Notes under the pieces: model-generated
The model's input: only the letters and a program-made list of their open reading frames with translations
What the model was told of the DNA's origin: nothing
Database searches by the model: none
From: the human T2T-CHM13v2.0 reference genome, Homo sapiens
Reading direction: 5' to 3' (one strand)
Assembly: GCF_009914755.1 (NCBI RefSeq)
Contig: NC_060947.1
Length of the DNA: 64,000 nt
In this document: one piece after another, positions 48,709-63,057 of the stretch
Layout: the number at the start of each line of letters is the position of its first letter
How positions within the stretch are numbered: the stretch's first letter is position 1
Position numbers and translations under genes: made by a program

Positions 48709-51700
48709 CCCTACACCATCCCAAGCCCACCAGTCTGCAGAGCTTGGCTCTGGCCTTGTTCTGTCCAGGCTACAGTACTGCAGGTGTGATTTCTTCAACA
48801 TCACATTCTCTTAAGAGTCTTCAACCACTATGCCTGAATCCTTGGAATCCTATTGTTCGTTTCCATTGTCTTGGGCCTGCTAAAAGGTGCATACTTTGGA
48901 AGGAGACCAGAGTTACTTTATAGGTGTTGGAGAACTTAAATTCTAGGTTAGCATCCTTAGAAAATCTTTCATAGAGCCATGAGGCTTATATTTAGAAGCA
49001 AGCAACAGCCTGGCAGATTGGCATGATTTTTACCAACTGCTCAAAGGCATCCGTGGCTTTCAGCTGTGTCTCCCGAAAGAAAATGTCTTTGTTTTTTATT
49101 CAAGTCATTTAATAGCTCTTTACAAATATTAGCATATGGCAGACCAATTAGAAGCAAAAAAGTCCGTATTGGTGGTTGTGATGTGGCTGTTATAGAAGTA
49201 TTTGTGCTGTATGCTTTGGTTAAATCTGTTTTAAAACATGCTTTAAGATTCACCTTACGCAGTTGTACTTTAATTCTAAGCTCAGAGCTATGCTGTCAGT
49301 CTCTAGTCACGCCATGTATTATAAAGTATGTTGTGGTTGTAGAGTTAGCCAGTTTAGCATGTTCCTAATCTGAGAATTAGTGGACTATACTAGGAAATGC
49401 TATCCCATTTTCCCTTTCCAGCCCCTCTTAGTTAAGATCATAGTATCCTCACTTCTTAAACTAGTCTTTAGAGTAAATAAGGAAAAAAGCCATTTATTTT
49501 CTTCTAGCCATGTATTATTGAGAATGACTCATAGTACAACTTTTTTTCAAAGGCCAGAGGATTACTTTGCAAGTGTGTAGAAAGATCTGTCTATTTCTGT
49601 TCACCTGGGACCTGGTGGTGACTGAACTCTTTCAGCAAGGGCAATGGCTCAATGTGATTCGGTGCTGGAGCTCAGCTGGGACTCAGTAAATCTGCACGTT
49701 CTCTGCTGGTCAGAACATGTTTCCTGGAGAGCATTGCTTTTCTATCTAGAAGTTCGTTACCTCCTGCATGATAGTGGGATATTGAGATGTGGGTTCTAAG
49801 ATCCACAGACTCATACTTTTGTGAACTTTGGAATGTGGTAGGGTACACTGAACCAAGTCAGAAAATAGTGAAATATTTCCTTGCCTCCTTCAGTTCATCA
49901 CTAAGAAAGTGTGTAGGCAGAGAAAACTTACTTATGGTTTGAAGAACCACAATTGTTTTTGAAAGGGGACATAGAAAAGACAGTACAAAGGTTGTAAGTG
50001 TCCTGTCGCTAATTCCCAGGGCCAGAATCTCACAAGAAGATCCTCTCAAAGACTTAAAAGCCTGGCTTACAAAAATAACCAGAAACCAAACTTGTAAGCA
50101 GTTACAATTTCTTCCTTTTGCTTCTTGACCAGCTGAGATACAGAATATCTTGAGGTCTGGTTCAGCTGATGAAAAATTCTGTCTCAGAAACGATGAGTAA
50201 GAAACCATACAAGAAAAAGAAGTCCCTCATCTATCTGCATACACGCAATGTGGGAGAAGTGGGGTGGCTAGGAAACTCTGGGCCTGCTGCCCCCTTCGAT
50301 TCTTTTTTTTTTTCTTTGTGAATTGAATGTACGATACAAATGGTAGGCCTTCATGTGAGCCAGTTACTACATGAATCTTCATTTCCCACAGTGGTTTGTT
50401 CATTCATCAGCGTTAGGCTTGGTCCTGGCTCCACCTTTCTCCTCTCCGGGCACTGACCCCACCTTTCCGTGTATTTACTGTAGGCTATTAAATATGATCA
50501 TGACCCGCCTTGCATTTTCATTCATCACCTGTTTATGCCCAAATTTAAAGGAAGTTTGTCTCATTTTGCCAGAAAAAAATTGTAATAGTCGGCACGCTGG
50601 ATTTGTAGGGCCAGCAAAATTGCGGCAGTGAAACTAGTTTCACTTCTAAAGCCCTTCATTTCCCACAAGGTTAAGCTCTCGAAACCCCATTTGATCCTTG
50701 GTTCCTATTTCGATCCTCCTTTGGAATCTGAAAATCGGTCTCCATGTTGTATGCAGATTAGAAGTTGCCTTGTTTGTTACTCTTCCAACACAGGGTATCA
50801 GGGAGAAAGAGGCCTTATCTGTTCCTCCATCCCCCCTGTTTTGACAGACTGCTAAGAATTCCTCAGGACTTCCTTTGGTTGGGGATTTTACTTTCCCAAA
50901 AGTCTGATCTGATTTCTTTCAGGGGTAGACAAGCTTGTCCTAGTGCTCTGCTTCAGGTCTTATCAGAAGAAACCCAGGAATAGAAAAGGTAGATGCCTTG
51001 ACTTTTGTCCCTGTTGTGGGGACTAAAGTGTTTTTTGCCAGAATTGTCAAAAGCTCCGGTTCAAACTCTGTAGAGTTTCATGGAAAAACAAAACAAAACA
51101 AAAAAGATGCTTATCGTCCCGGAGAATGTGTAAGTAAGTTCTCCAGCACGGCTTAGGTTTTCCAAAATGGAAAGCAAAGCTTGCAGACAACCTGTTTTCT
51201 CTAGAGACACACAATGATTCTGGCCCTCAGTCTGTTTCCCTCCCCTTGTTTACTCTTTGGTCACCGATCGAGTCAGGCTAGAGGGGTAATACGGTGATTA
51301 AAAGAAGTAAATTCTCACTGTAAACTTGGATTGATTAACAGAAACAATTAAACCAAACAAAATCATTGCCCCAAATTTCTATCTCCAAGAATTGCTTTGT
51401 GCCATTTTGAATTCAGGTAGTTATTCTGTATATACTTAGCTAACTATTCAGAGCTTCTTCAATCTCTAGTAAGCTTGAAGGTGGTGTCTGGGAAGACACA
51501 GGGCAGGGTGACATTTAGACTCTGTTCATTCTTAAAAATAGGGATAAGCCAGAATGATGTGACATCTAGTATGTGGTAGATGAAGAATCAGTGGAAATTC
51601 TTAATTGCACAGACTTTATAATCCATTATATAAAGTGTAATTCCATACTTTTTACTGTGGCAAGGGTGTGATGTGATTGTTAATCTTTTTAATTTTTGAA

Positions 51701-51974
51701 TCCAAACTGAATTTAAAGTGTTGAATACTTAAATCCTCACAAGTGAATTATGAACCATTTGTAAAGTGTTTCTATAACTCTTTGTATCATGTGTTGGTAC
51801 ATCTTATCAAGTTTTTTCTGGCATGTAATTCCATTCTAAACTTATGTAAAATTTCTATTGTTGCTGTAAATATTACACAAATATCTATTCCGTGATAACC
51901 TTCATTATCAGCATGAAATGGTTAATTTTTACTGAGCACAATGTATTTTTGAATGGATCTTCCCAAATGTCTTT

Positions 51975-51980
51975 AATAAA
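51975..51980 (+). terminator. Polyadenylation signal AATAAA for the CDKL5 3'UTR
   Basis: ctttAATAAAatgcag, with upstream TGTA elements (e.g. TGTAAATA 51865-51872) and downstream GT-rich sequence; about 6.6 kb after the stop, in line with the reported UTR length. Confidence 0.75.
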
Positions 51981-52407
51981 ATGCAGATTTTGCACTGACT
52001 GATGTGACTGCCAGGCCGTCCCAATCTTGAGCACTGTGGTCCTTCGTGTTTGAACTGCGAACAGCTCCATTTTAGTTCCTTCTTGGGAAGAAAGAATGCA
52101 TTCGAATTCAAATGAGGGATGATGGGCCTTTGAGGTTGTAATCAGTTTGAGACAGAAATTAATGTAAAACTAGGCAAATCCTGTAACTTAATGATGTTGA
52201 TCTTTGTTTTCCTATTTATAAAGCTTTTTTCCCCTTACGGCATTTTGAAAACTTTGGTTTGTTTTATACTTGAGTGTTGTCACCTTTGCACGTCGCTAGA
52301 CACTCACGTGGTAGTTTGAGGAGGATGGGAAGAGAGGCCAATCTTGTGCTAAGTGCTATGGAGAAAGCAAAGATGCACAGCTTAATAAGGGTTTTTTGAT
52401 TCTAGAG

Positions 52408-52602
52408 GAGAGGTGGGCAAGCTTTTCCTGTAAAGGGCCAGATGGTAAATATTGGGGGCTCTGTGGCCCATCAGTTCCCTGTCAACATTACTCAGCTCTG
52501 CCTTTGTATTGCAGAGGCTGCATGGATAATATGTAAATCAGTAAGTGTGGCTGTGGTCCCGTAAAACTTTACTTATAGAAACAGGCCATAGTTTACTAAC
52601 CC
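52408..52602. mobile_element. MER58-type DNA transposon
   Basis: ggcaagcttttcctgtaaagggccagatggtaaatat...gtggctgtggtcccgtaaaactttac. Confidence 0.75.
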
Positions 52603-52889
52603 GTTTTAGGCCCTCAGTTTCATCATTTAGGGTAACACCAACCGAGTACATGTTCAATCAGGAGGGAAAGAACTTAGCTTTTGTGATAACTTATAGATGA
52701 AATATTCCCCAGTTTTCTTTCTCTTTCTAAACAAAGGGTAGGAGCTGAAAGTCAGTGCTCTCCATTCTTAAAAGTCCTCTGTCAACCACCTCTTCACTCT
52801 ATCTCCTTAAGTGACATGGAAACTTGTGGCCTGTGCTTTCAACTATAATCTTACCAAGACTGAATGAAAGTATTTGGTGCTTATACTTT

Positions 52890-52940
52890 TTAATGTTCAT
52901 AGCACTTACTATGGCCAGGCACAATGCCCAAGTGTTTTGC

Positions 52941-52985
<45 letters not shown>

Positions 52986-53140
52986 TTCACAACAACCCAG
53001 CGAAACAGGTACTATTATTATCCCCTTTTTGTAAATGAGGAAACAGATTTCCATACTTGACATTAACCTGCCCAAGGTCACCCAGTTTGGAAGTGGCAGG
53101 GCCAGGATTTGAAGCCGAATATGTTCATTGTAAAGCCCAT
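52890..53140 (-). mobile_element. MIR interrupted by (TTA)~14 (52942-52985)
   Basis: aaatgaggaaacaga...aacctgcccaaggtcac...ggcagggccaggatttgaa. Confidence 0.7.
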
Positions 53141-53577
53141 ATACCCTTAAAAGTCACTGCACGTCCACGTATGGTAATGTGGTCACAATCAGTATTGTTT
53201 CTCTTTAGTAATTCAGATTTATTCAAGTAACTCCAAGGTTCAAATTTTCAAAAACAGTTTCCAACACAGGTTATATTAAAAACTTTGCCTGAAGTTTACT
53301 CTAGGTGCAGAAATAAAGACAACTTAGTCAAGTGAAGGAAAGGGTAACAGACTTAGAAATGGCTATCTACACTGATGGAATAAGTATACTAATTAGAGCA
53401 GGTAACAAGTCCCCACGATGTATAACATATTCTTCTCTAAAAGCTCACAACAATTTATGTGCCACCTTCCATCCCCTTTCCCAGCAGATGGTAATTGATG
53501 CAATTTGAGAATAGAACACTTCATTGAAACAAGTCACTGGAGGTCCTCTGGGGATGCAGCTTAAAAGCCCAGGATCA

Positions 53578-54400
<823 letters not shown>

Positions 54401-55274
54401 ATTGCTATTGTAAAACATTGCTATTACTTCTGTCCCAATTTGGCAGTTTCAGGAAATTGAGAAGGAATGTCACTGAATCTTTAATGCCAGTTACACAGAG
54501 CTCAGTAGGTGTCCGCACAGCCCTTTAGATGCACGTAGCCTATTTGATCTTCGTATCAGCCCTGTAAGGTTGGGCTTAAGAATGACCCAGCATGGAAGTA
54601 CTCTTGGGACCACAGGGGAAGCAACAGTCCTTGTAAGCTGTTTGTCAGTGGGCCTTAGCAACCAAGCCCCAAGTGGACAGAAAGATGGGGTTCTGTGAGC
54701 ATCCATTCCAAGGGTCACTTTAGGGGTGCAATCTTCTGGGCTCTGAGAATGGATTCACAGCAGCATCTCTATCTGGAAATACCTTTGCTTTGTCCAAGTA
54801 ACCTCCTCCCACACAGAGTACCCGAATCAGCTCAGATTTTTTTTCCTTAATATTGGCAACACTTAATGCTACTTCTTTGTTCGTAACATTTCATTTAATT
54901 ATTTAAAAATCTGCAAATGTTGTGTATATTTTACCGCAATTTTTAAACAAACTCCAGTGTAGACCGTGCTCTAGCATTTCTAAAAATAAAAGTAAATATG
55001 TTAAAATAAGGTAAGAGTGAGTTTTTCCTACACTATGTATAATTTTTAATTGAAAGTTTCCCCCACAAAAGAAATGATACTTGGAAGCATAGTTTGTGTG
55101 TTTGACAGCAAGATTCTATTAGGCTTCAGATTTCCCTCAATAAAAGTTTTAGTTTTTATACATTCTGTCATGAATTGAATGAAGTAAATAATATGCTGTT
55201 GTAAGCAAATTATCTGCAGATAAATGTCTTATGAATCGTATATCTTACTGTTTATTAAATTCTGAAGTATTGAG

Positions 55275-56775
55275 CAGTTTCCAATGTGAAATCCCAGCTG
55301 GCTTCTTTGCAATGATGGACAAGTTAGTTATAATTCATATGGAAATTCAAGGAACCCAGAATAGCCAAAACAATCCCGAAGAGCAAAGTTGGAGGACTCA
55401 CATGCCCCAATTTCAAAACTTACTACAAAGCTACAATAATGAAGAAAGTGAGGTAATAGAATTTGGAGTCCAGAAATAAACCCTCTCACATTTATGGTCA
55501 ATTGTTTTTTGACAAGGGTGCCAAGATCATTCAATGGGGGAAAGAATAGTCTTTTCAGCAAATAGTGGTGGGACAACTGGATATCCACATGCAAAAGAAT
55601 GACGTTGGACTCCTATTTCACACCATATACAAAAATTAACTCAAAATGGAACAAAGATCTAACTGTAAGAGGTAGAACTATAAAACTCATAGAAGAAAAC
55701 ATAGGGGTAAATCTTCATGACCTTGGATTTGGCAGTGGTTTCTCAGATATGACACCAAAGGCACAAGCAAAGAGAAAAATAAATTGGACTTCATCAAATA
55801 TTTAAAATTTTGTGCTTAAGAGGACTCTATCGAGAGGGTTAAAAAGATCCACAGAATGGGAGAAAATATTTGCAAATCATATCCAATAAGGGAATTAGAA
55901 TATACAAAGAATTCTTAAACTCAGTAAGTTGTAAGCCGATTTAAAATGGGCAGAGGATCTGAAAAACCTTTATCCAAAGATGTACAAATGGCCAGTAAAC
56001 ACATGAAAAGATGCTCAACATCATTAGTCACTAGGGAAATGCAAATCAAAACCACAGTTGAGATGCAACTTCACACATTATGGGTATAGTCAAAGATGGA
56101 CAGTAACAAGTGTTGCTGAGGATGTGGAGAAAGTGGAAGCCTCCTACATTGCTGGTGGAAATGTAAAATGATGCAGCCACTTGGGATAATAGTTCCTCCA
56201 AAGATTAAACAAGAGTGACTGTGTGTCCCAGCAGTTTTACTCCTAAGTATATACCCAAGATAAATGAAAACACACATCCGCACAAAAACTTATACACAAA
56301 TGTTCATAGCAGCATTATTCATAATAGCTAAAGAGTGGAAACCCAAATATCCATCAATGGATGAATGGATAAATAACAATGTGCTCTTGACATGATACTG
56401 AACAATGATGTTCAGCAATAAAAAGGAGTGACAAGTGACATAGTGATACACATGTTATAACGTGGATGAACTTTAAAACACTATGCTAAGTGAAAGAAGC
56501 CAGTCACGAAATACCACATACTATATGATTTCATTTATGTAGAACGTCCAGAAGGCCAATCTACAGAGACAGTCGATTCGTGGTTGCAGAGGGCTTGGGG
56601 TGGCCGATGGGTTGGGGAGTGTTGGCTGATGGGTGCAGGATTTCTCTTTGGGGTGATAAACTTTCTAAAATTGATCTAGTGATAATGGTTGCACAACTCT
56701 GAATATACCAAAAGTCATCAAATTGTACACTTTAAATGGATACAAATTGTATGTGAACTTAATCTCAATAAAGCC
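55275..56775 (+). mobile_element. Old L1M (ORF2 3' end and 3'UTR)
   Basis: Degenerate ORF2 peptides (TPYTKINSKWNKDL...LIEENIGVNLHDLGFG); ends with ctcAATAAAgc. Confidence 0.88.
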
Positions 56776-58428
56776 GTGACAAAAGTTTCCAACATGAACT
56801 CTTATTTGGAAAGCCTTTCTCCCTGCCTCACTGTTTCCTCCTCTCCTTTTTCCCTGAACTGCACTCTCTCGACTCCTGTGTTTGATGTGCCTTAACTCTT
56901 AGGATACTGCCATTTTGTCTGACAGTCCATGTCGTGACCAAAGTTAATTCACCTTTCCAAATAAGGGTCTCTGTTCAGGCATTTCTATCCAAAATAGATT
57001 TGTCCTGTGTCCTAAGGCCAGGGATAAGTCCCCCCACCCCCCCCCCCCCACCCCCAACACCCTGTGTGATGTGTTTATATTTGAGAGAAGATTGGGCGGG
57101 GAAAAGCATTTTCCGAAGTTCAAGCATACAGCATAGGGACTAGAAAGATGCTGGGTTGGATATAAAATAATTGAGCCCCCAAAGCATCAAGAAGGATGTT
57201 TGGGGCTTTTAGAAGGCTGCCTGTTCACAGAAAAGGTGAATGTGTTGTCCAGCACTGTATTAGCGCGAGTCTAGTCACTTGCCTTGGCATTTGAAAATGA
57301 AAAGTAACTCGGAAATGAGCTGCTAGCAAAGACTACCCTGTGTCTGGGGCCAGAACAGTCTTTAGAGCAGCCTCGTCCTCTGATTCCACCACCTGCTCTC
57401 CATATCCCTCTCCTGCCCCTCCCCCGTGTTAACAGCCTCTCCCAGGAAGGGGCCTGGAAACTCAGGCTGCGCTCTAAGTGGCCAATGAGGCCTCCCAATC
57501 TAAGGCGCCGCCTCCAGGAACGGAAAGCCAGGCCCATTCCTTCCCAGAGAGCTTTTCAGGAGCAGGCGCAGTTTGCGTATTGCAAGGCAGAGGGTGGAGG
57601 GTGAGAAGCTTTCAGGGAAAAAGCTACATGGTCCTTTTTATGATGTGAGTCCTTCCCACTTCCTGCGAAGCATGTAGCCAGCTAATGAGCCTCCTCTGAG
57701 TAGCCAGTGGTAGCTCCTGGGCCAGCTGTTCTCGAACTATGTTTGGTTTGCTAGGAAATGGTAGCCCTAGGTAAAGGGCAATTGTACTGTGTTGTGGTCA
57801 TTTGGGGTCCCTACATATACTGAGATGTGCAGCCTGTCCTGTATGATCACCTAAATGGTGACCACAGACACGGGGAATTTGCTGGAATGGATTGCATAAT
57901 GGAGCTGTGTGTATTGGGCGCTCTGGTCCCTCCCCAATCCCTGTGTTCATGAGGGTGGAAGCCCAGATCCGCCTTGAAGGTAAGAACTGTGAGCAGAGGA
58001 AACTCCCCTACCTTGGGCTTTTGGTCATTTGTCACGTATAGCCTCTCAGGGCACCGGGATTCTCACCCACCGCACTCATCCCTGCCACCCAGTCACCCTT
58101 GAGACCCTCAGCTGCCTCCCCAGGGCTCTGAAGTCCTCTTTGGCGATGATTTAGTGGAAACTTAACTAGGAGGAGCTGCTCCCTTCTGCATTCAAAGCCA
58201 GGCTTTAGGAAACTGTATGTTTCTGTCTTGAATGTGGTAAAGCAAATGAATTTTCAAATTATCAGGGCTGCTTTGTGTTCCCCTGAGACTGCACCTTTCA
58301 CAGTATCACTGAGACAAAAAATGAGCAGAAAATTACCCCTGCTACTTAGGCTTTTGTAAGAAAATTCGTTTCGGGGACATTTTCTTTGTTCTGACTTTCT
58401 CTGGCCCTGAGTGGGGAATAAGTTCATT

Positions 58429-58434
58429 TTTATT
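58429..58434 (-). terminator. Proximal RS1 poly(A) signal (AATAAA on - strand)
   Basis: TTTATT on + strand, about 170 nt after the RS1 stop; fits a short RS1 transcript. Confidence 0.6.
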
Positions 58435-58606
58435 TCATTGAAATCAGAAAGCTATATCTTAAAAAAAAAAAAATTATCTACCCAGCACTGCAGTTACAAT
58501 TGCTTTGCGAAATATAGCCCTGTCCATCTCGGTGGTGTGTGAGGGGGTCCCCTACGGCCCGCTCTGTGCCAGTCACCCCCTGGCAGGCGCCGAGCTGAGG
58601 CAGGCA

Positions 58607-58759
<153 letters not shown>

Positions 58760-58946
58760 CTAGAGAGATAGAGGAAATCCTGTCACCATCACATCGGGGA
58801 GGGAAAAGGAAGAAGGGTTCCTTTCTGGAGCTAGCCCCAACTTTTAACTATAGAAATGATTAGGAAGTAGTTAAAGCAGTTTGCGGGTGCCCCCCAAAAT
58901 CTGACCTTGAGTGATTGTCATCACACCTACATGCTTGGGACATCTG

Positions 58947-59125
58947 GAACTGCACCATCCAATAGGGTGGCCACTAGCCAATATGTCTGTTTACACTTCA
59001 ATTAATTAAAATTAGATAAAAATTCAGTTCCTCAGTCACATGAGCCACATTTCAAGTGGCCGCCATATTGGACAGTGCAGATGTGAACATTTCCATCACA
59101 GAAAGTTCTATTGGAGGGTGCTGCT
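58947..59125. mobile_element. MER3-type DNA transposon
   Basis: tccaatagggtggccactagcc...aaattcagttcctcagtcac...gaaagttctattgga. Confidence 0.75.
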
Positions 59126-59236
59126 AGAAAATGCCACTTGACTCATCGCTTTTGAGTTTTTATCCTTTGCATTTTGACATTTTGAAAAGGCCCACATCAC
59201 ACTTACATGTTCCAAAGGTATCCAAAGTAGGGCTCA

Positions 59237-59796
<560 letters not shown>

Positions 59797-61032
59797 TCAT
59801 TCTTTGCCCTCTTACCAAAGTCATGGTGCTCTGCCTGATGCCACTAGGACATTTCATCTCCTTCTGGGATTATCTCCTGAAAATATCTGGCTGTTGCATT
59901 TGGCCCCATCCATCCACAAAACGGGAAGGGCCTGGTCTGCCATGTTCTTGCCTTTCTCCGCAGTGGCACCGCCCCACACCACCCTCTCTATTGCAGTTTG
60001 TCTTTGAGCCTATTCAAGTCAGGAGCCAGGTGAAGAGAGGGGAGGGTGGAACAGGCTCCACCAGATTGCACAAGTGCAGGGGTGAAGTGCCTCTTTGCAA
60101 AGAACCTTCAAGGCCTTCAGAAGCACAGGGCTTGAAAAACTTCTCATGTCTTTTGAAGAGGCCAGCTAATAAGAATAAAAATGAAATTAAATGTCCAAGT
60201 ATCAAGATGGTTTTTCCTCTTGTGTTCAAACTCCTTGGAACAACCCATGAACGTCTTGGCCGTACAAATTGTCATCAGAGACTTACAAAGCCTTCTGAAT
60301 CTCAGCTGTACATGTCTACTTAACCTGATTAAATGTTGAAATTAGCCTGGGGAACTCCTTACTCTTAGGCAAAAGGATGTTTACCATTTCCAAAGAGCTA
60401 GGGAGTTTTTAATTCATTTTTATTCATAGCAAATATATATATATATATATAGTCAGGAGTCTACTGCGTTTAGTCAATGGTGAAGAAGACTTCTGTCTCA
60501 ATCCACAAAGATTAATAGGATGTAGAGTTGCCCAAAGGTTTAAGTTCGTCTGTGTTTGTGCTGGTGAAGTCCTTTTAACCATTTGGCTAATGGGTAACTT
60601 GCTAGGTTCTCAAAAGGCTCCCCTCTGTCAGTCTCAAACAATAGGAGAGGCCACATCTATATAAATGGATGATTCTCTACCCACATCAATAACATCAGAC
60701 CATACCCGTGAAGCAAAGTGCATTCAATGATCCAGTGAGTTGAAATAGTCCAAATGGTCAGTCTTAAGAGTTCAGGCAACTGCATGCTGATATGGAAACT
60801 CAGACAAATTTTTTTTTTGAGCTTAAGAATAGCATTCATTTGCAAACAAACTGTGCTGGGCACCAAAGCAAGCCCAGGAAAGAGAGCACAGCACATTGTG
60901 GGGGAAAGCGCAGATGATCCACTGTGCTGTGGAGTCGGTGCTCTGACAGAGGGCAGTGACAGGAGCTCGGGGACAGGAGGGGAAGTCCCAGAGGGTGCGA
61001 GCTGAAGTTGGTTTGGGATAAGCCCAACTTAC

Positions 61033-61228
61033 CCGGTTGTTTCCAGTCTGGTCCTTGTAGTAAATCCAGTTCAGGCGCTCATCGGTCCTGTACTGCACGC
61101 TGTACTTGGTCATCCACTCATCGATGTCACAGCGCCCCTGGGTGAGGATCCCTGAAATCACTTTGATCTCCTTCAGATCTATCTGTAACCACTGGCTACT
61201 GTCCTGGAACTTGGAGAGCCAGGCACAC
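61033..61228 (-). CDS. RS1: RS1 exon 5 (196 nt)
   Basis: [65 protein letters not shown] (in ORF 60823..61338); donor gtaagt. Confidence 0.97.
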
Positions 61229-62609
61229 CTGCCGAGAACATACCGAGTCACCGAGAGACTCCCCCTGTGCATGTCTGCAAAAAGCCCGCAGGTGCTGGCT
61301 CTCGAGGGGATGCCAGCATCCAAAGAGCCCCCTGCCAAGCTCGGGCAGTCTGGGCTGCAGTCTGAGCCTTGTCTCCTAGGAATGGCCAGCTTCCGTTATA
61401 CTTAACTTGCATCTCATTCTCCCTCTCCCTGCATCTCCACCTCCCAAGAAAAGATTTCCAGATTCGACTAATTTGTCAAAGAAATGCCTCAGAGTGTGGC
61501 TGAAATTGCCTTTGGGAGTGGTTGAACATGTCTGTCTGCAAAACACGCAGGTGCATGGCTGTTAGACCACCAGCCCCTGCCCTCTGCTTGAGACTCCCAG
61601 GGTGAACCTTTCTGCGCATTTCACTCTCTTCACACCTATTTGTGTTTCCCTCGGTTGGTGACATTCCTGCCTCGTGCAGAGCACTGACCCATGTGGATCT
61701 AGAAGGGCTTTGACAAGTGTCAAGCCAGATAACCGTTGAAGCAACTAAGTTGTTTTTTTAGCTACATTCCTCATAAATCGTGGAAACCTATAGTAGTTCC
61801 CCCCGCCACCTCCTTTTTTCCTTTTAGTGTGTATTTTAATTAGCTTTGTAGGACTTAAGCCCTGGGCCACCTTCTCTTCCTTTTCCAGACTTATTCCTTG
61901 GGTGGCTCCTGACTTTTCACTTCTATCCCACACCTTTTCTAAACCCCAAATCCAGAGAGTTCAGTTGCCAGCTAGAGGACTTCTGTATGCCTCTCAGCAT
62001 CTCAGATGAAACACGTCCCAATGTGAGCCCCTAAGTGCCCCCACCCCACCCTGCTTTCAGACCCCACGTCTCTGAGTTAACCCCATCCTTGCATGTGTCC
62101 ATGCCGGCCACCTGAGAACCATCCTGGGCCCCTCCTCTCCACCTCCAGTGCCCAATCTATCTATTGGCTCCATCTCCAAGTGCCTCAAATTCTTCTACTT
62201 CTGTCGGTCTCCACCGCCACCACTCTAGCCCGTGTCCCCCTCTTTCTTCCCACACCTCAACTACTCTCCCTGGATTGCTCTGGCCCCACAGGAACCAGAG
62301 AACTTTTCTTAAAACACAAATGTGCTTGCGATACTCTTCGACTTAAAATATTTATCCGGCAGAGTCTGCTAATTATCACCCGATACTCCCTTCCCATCCT
62401 CATTTGGTAATAGAACCCCTGAGTTTCATCTGGGCAAATGGCCATCTGGCTAAGATGGCATTTCCTAGTCTCCCTTGCAACTAGATGGGGCCCCCTAACC
62501 AAACTCTGGTCAATGGGATGTGGGCAGAAGTGGCCAATAGAATATGTTTGTGTTCTTAAAGGCAAGTCATGCGCACTCTGCTGCTCTTTTGTTTCTCCCC
62601 ACTAACTAG

Positions 62610-62693
62610 ACGGTGGATGTGATGGCAGAAGACAGAGACACCATTCTGGACCCCAAGATAGACGCTTCATGTTAAGGACGACAGAACAACAAG
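62610..62693 (+). CDS. CDKL5: CDKL5 exon 20 (84 nt) of the long 1030-aa isoform, lying inside RS1 intron 4
   Basis: actag|ACGGTGG...CAACAAG|gtagag; joined to the donor at 45192 it gives [29 protein letters not shown](G), the known alternative C-terminus. Confidence 0.88.
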
Positions 62694-62755
62694 GTAGAGT
62701 CTGGGCCCCGCATGCCATCAAGCTGCCATAACGACCCTAGACTACTGAATGAAAC

Positions 62756-63057
62756 TTTTTTTTTTCCTTTCTGAGACAGAGTCTTGCTCTGTCGCCCAGG
62801 CTGGTGTGCAGTGGCACACAATCTCGGCTCACTGCAACCTCCGCCTCCCAGGTTCAAGTGATTCTCCTGCCTCAGCCTCCTAAGTAGCTGGGATTATAGC
62901 CACCTGCCACCATGCCCGGCTAATTTTTGTATTTTTAGTAGAGATGAGGTTTCACCATGTTGGCTAAGCTGGTCTTGAACTCCTGACCTCAGGTAATCTG
63001 CCCCCCCTCGGCCTCCCAAAGTGCTAGGATTACAGGCGTAAGCCACTGTGCCTGGCT
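62756..63057 (-). mobile_element. AluS-type (antisense to CDKL5)
   Basis: Poly-T plus reverse Alu; flanking aatg(a/g)aactttt. Confidence 0.93.

Larger units (their letters stand above)
45363..52000 (+). other. CDKL5: CDKL5 long 3'UTR (about 6.6 kb to the first strong poly(A) signal; may extend to about 56.8 kb)
   Basis: Follows the stop codon; repeat-poor with AU-rich blocks; AATAAA at 51975-51980. Confidence 0.8.

Noticed and set aside
52799-53081. Poly-Ile/poly-Asn ORFs
   Set aside because: Translations of the (TTA)n microsatellite.
62600-62609. cACTAAC as the branch point of exon 20
   Set aside because: It is only a few nt from the AG, too close for a functional branch point.
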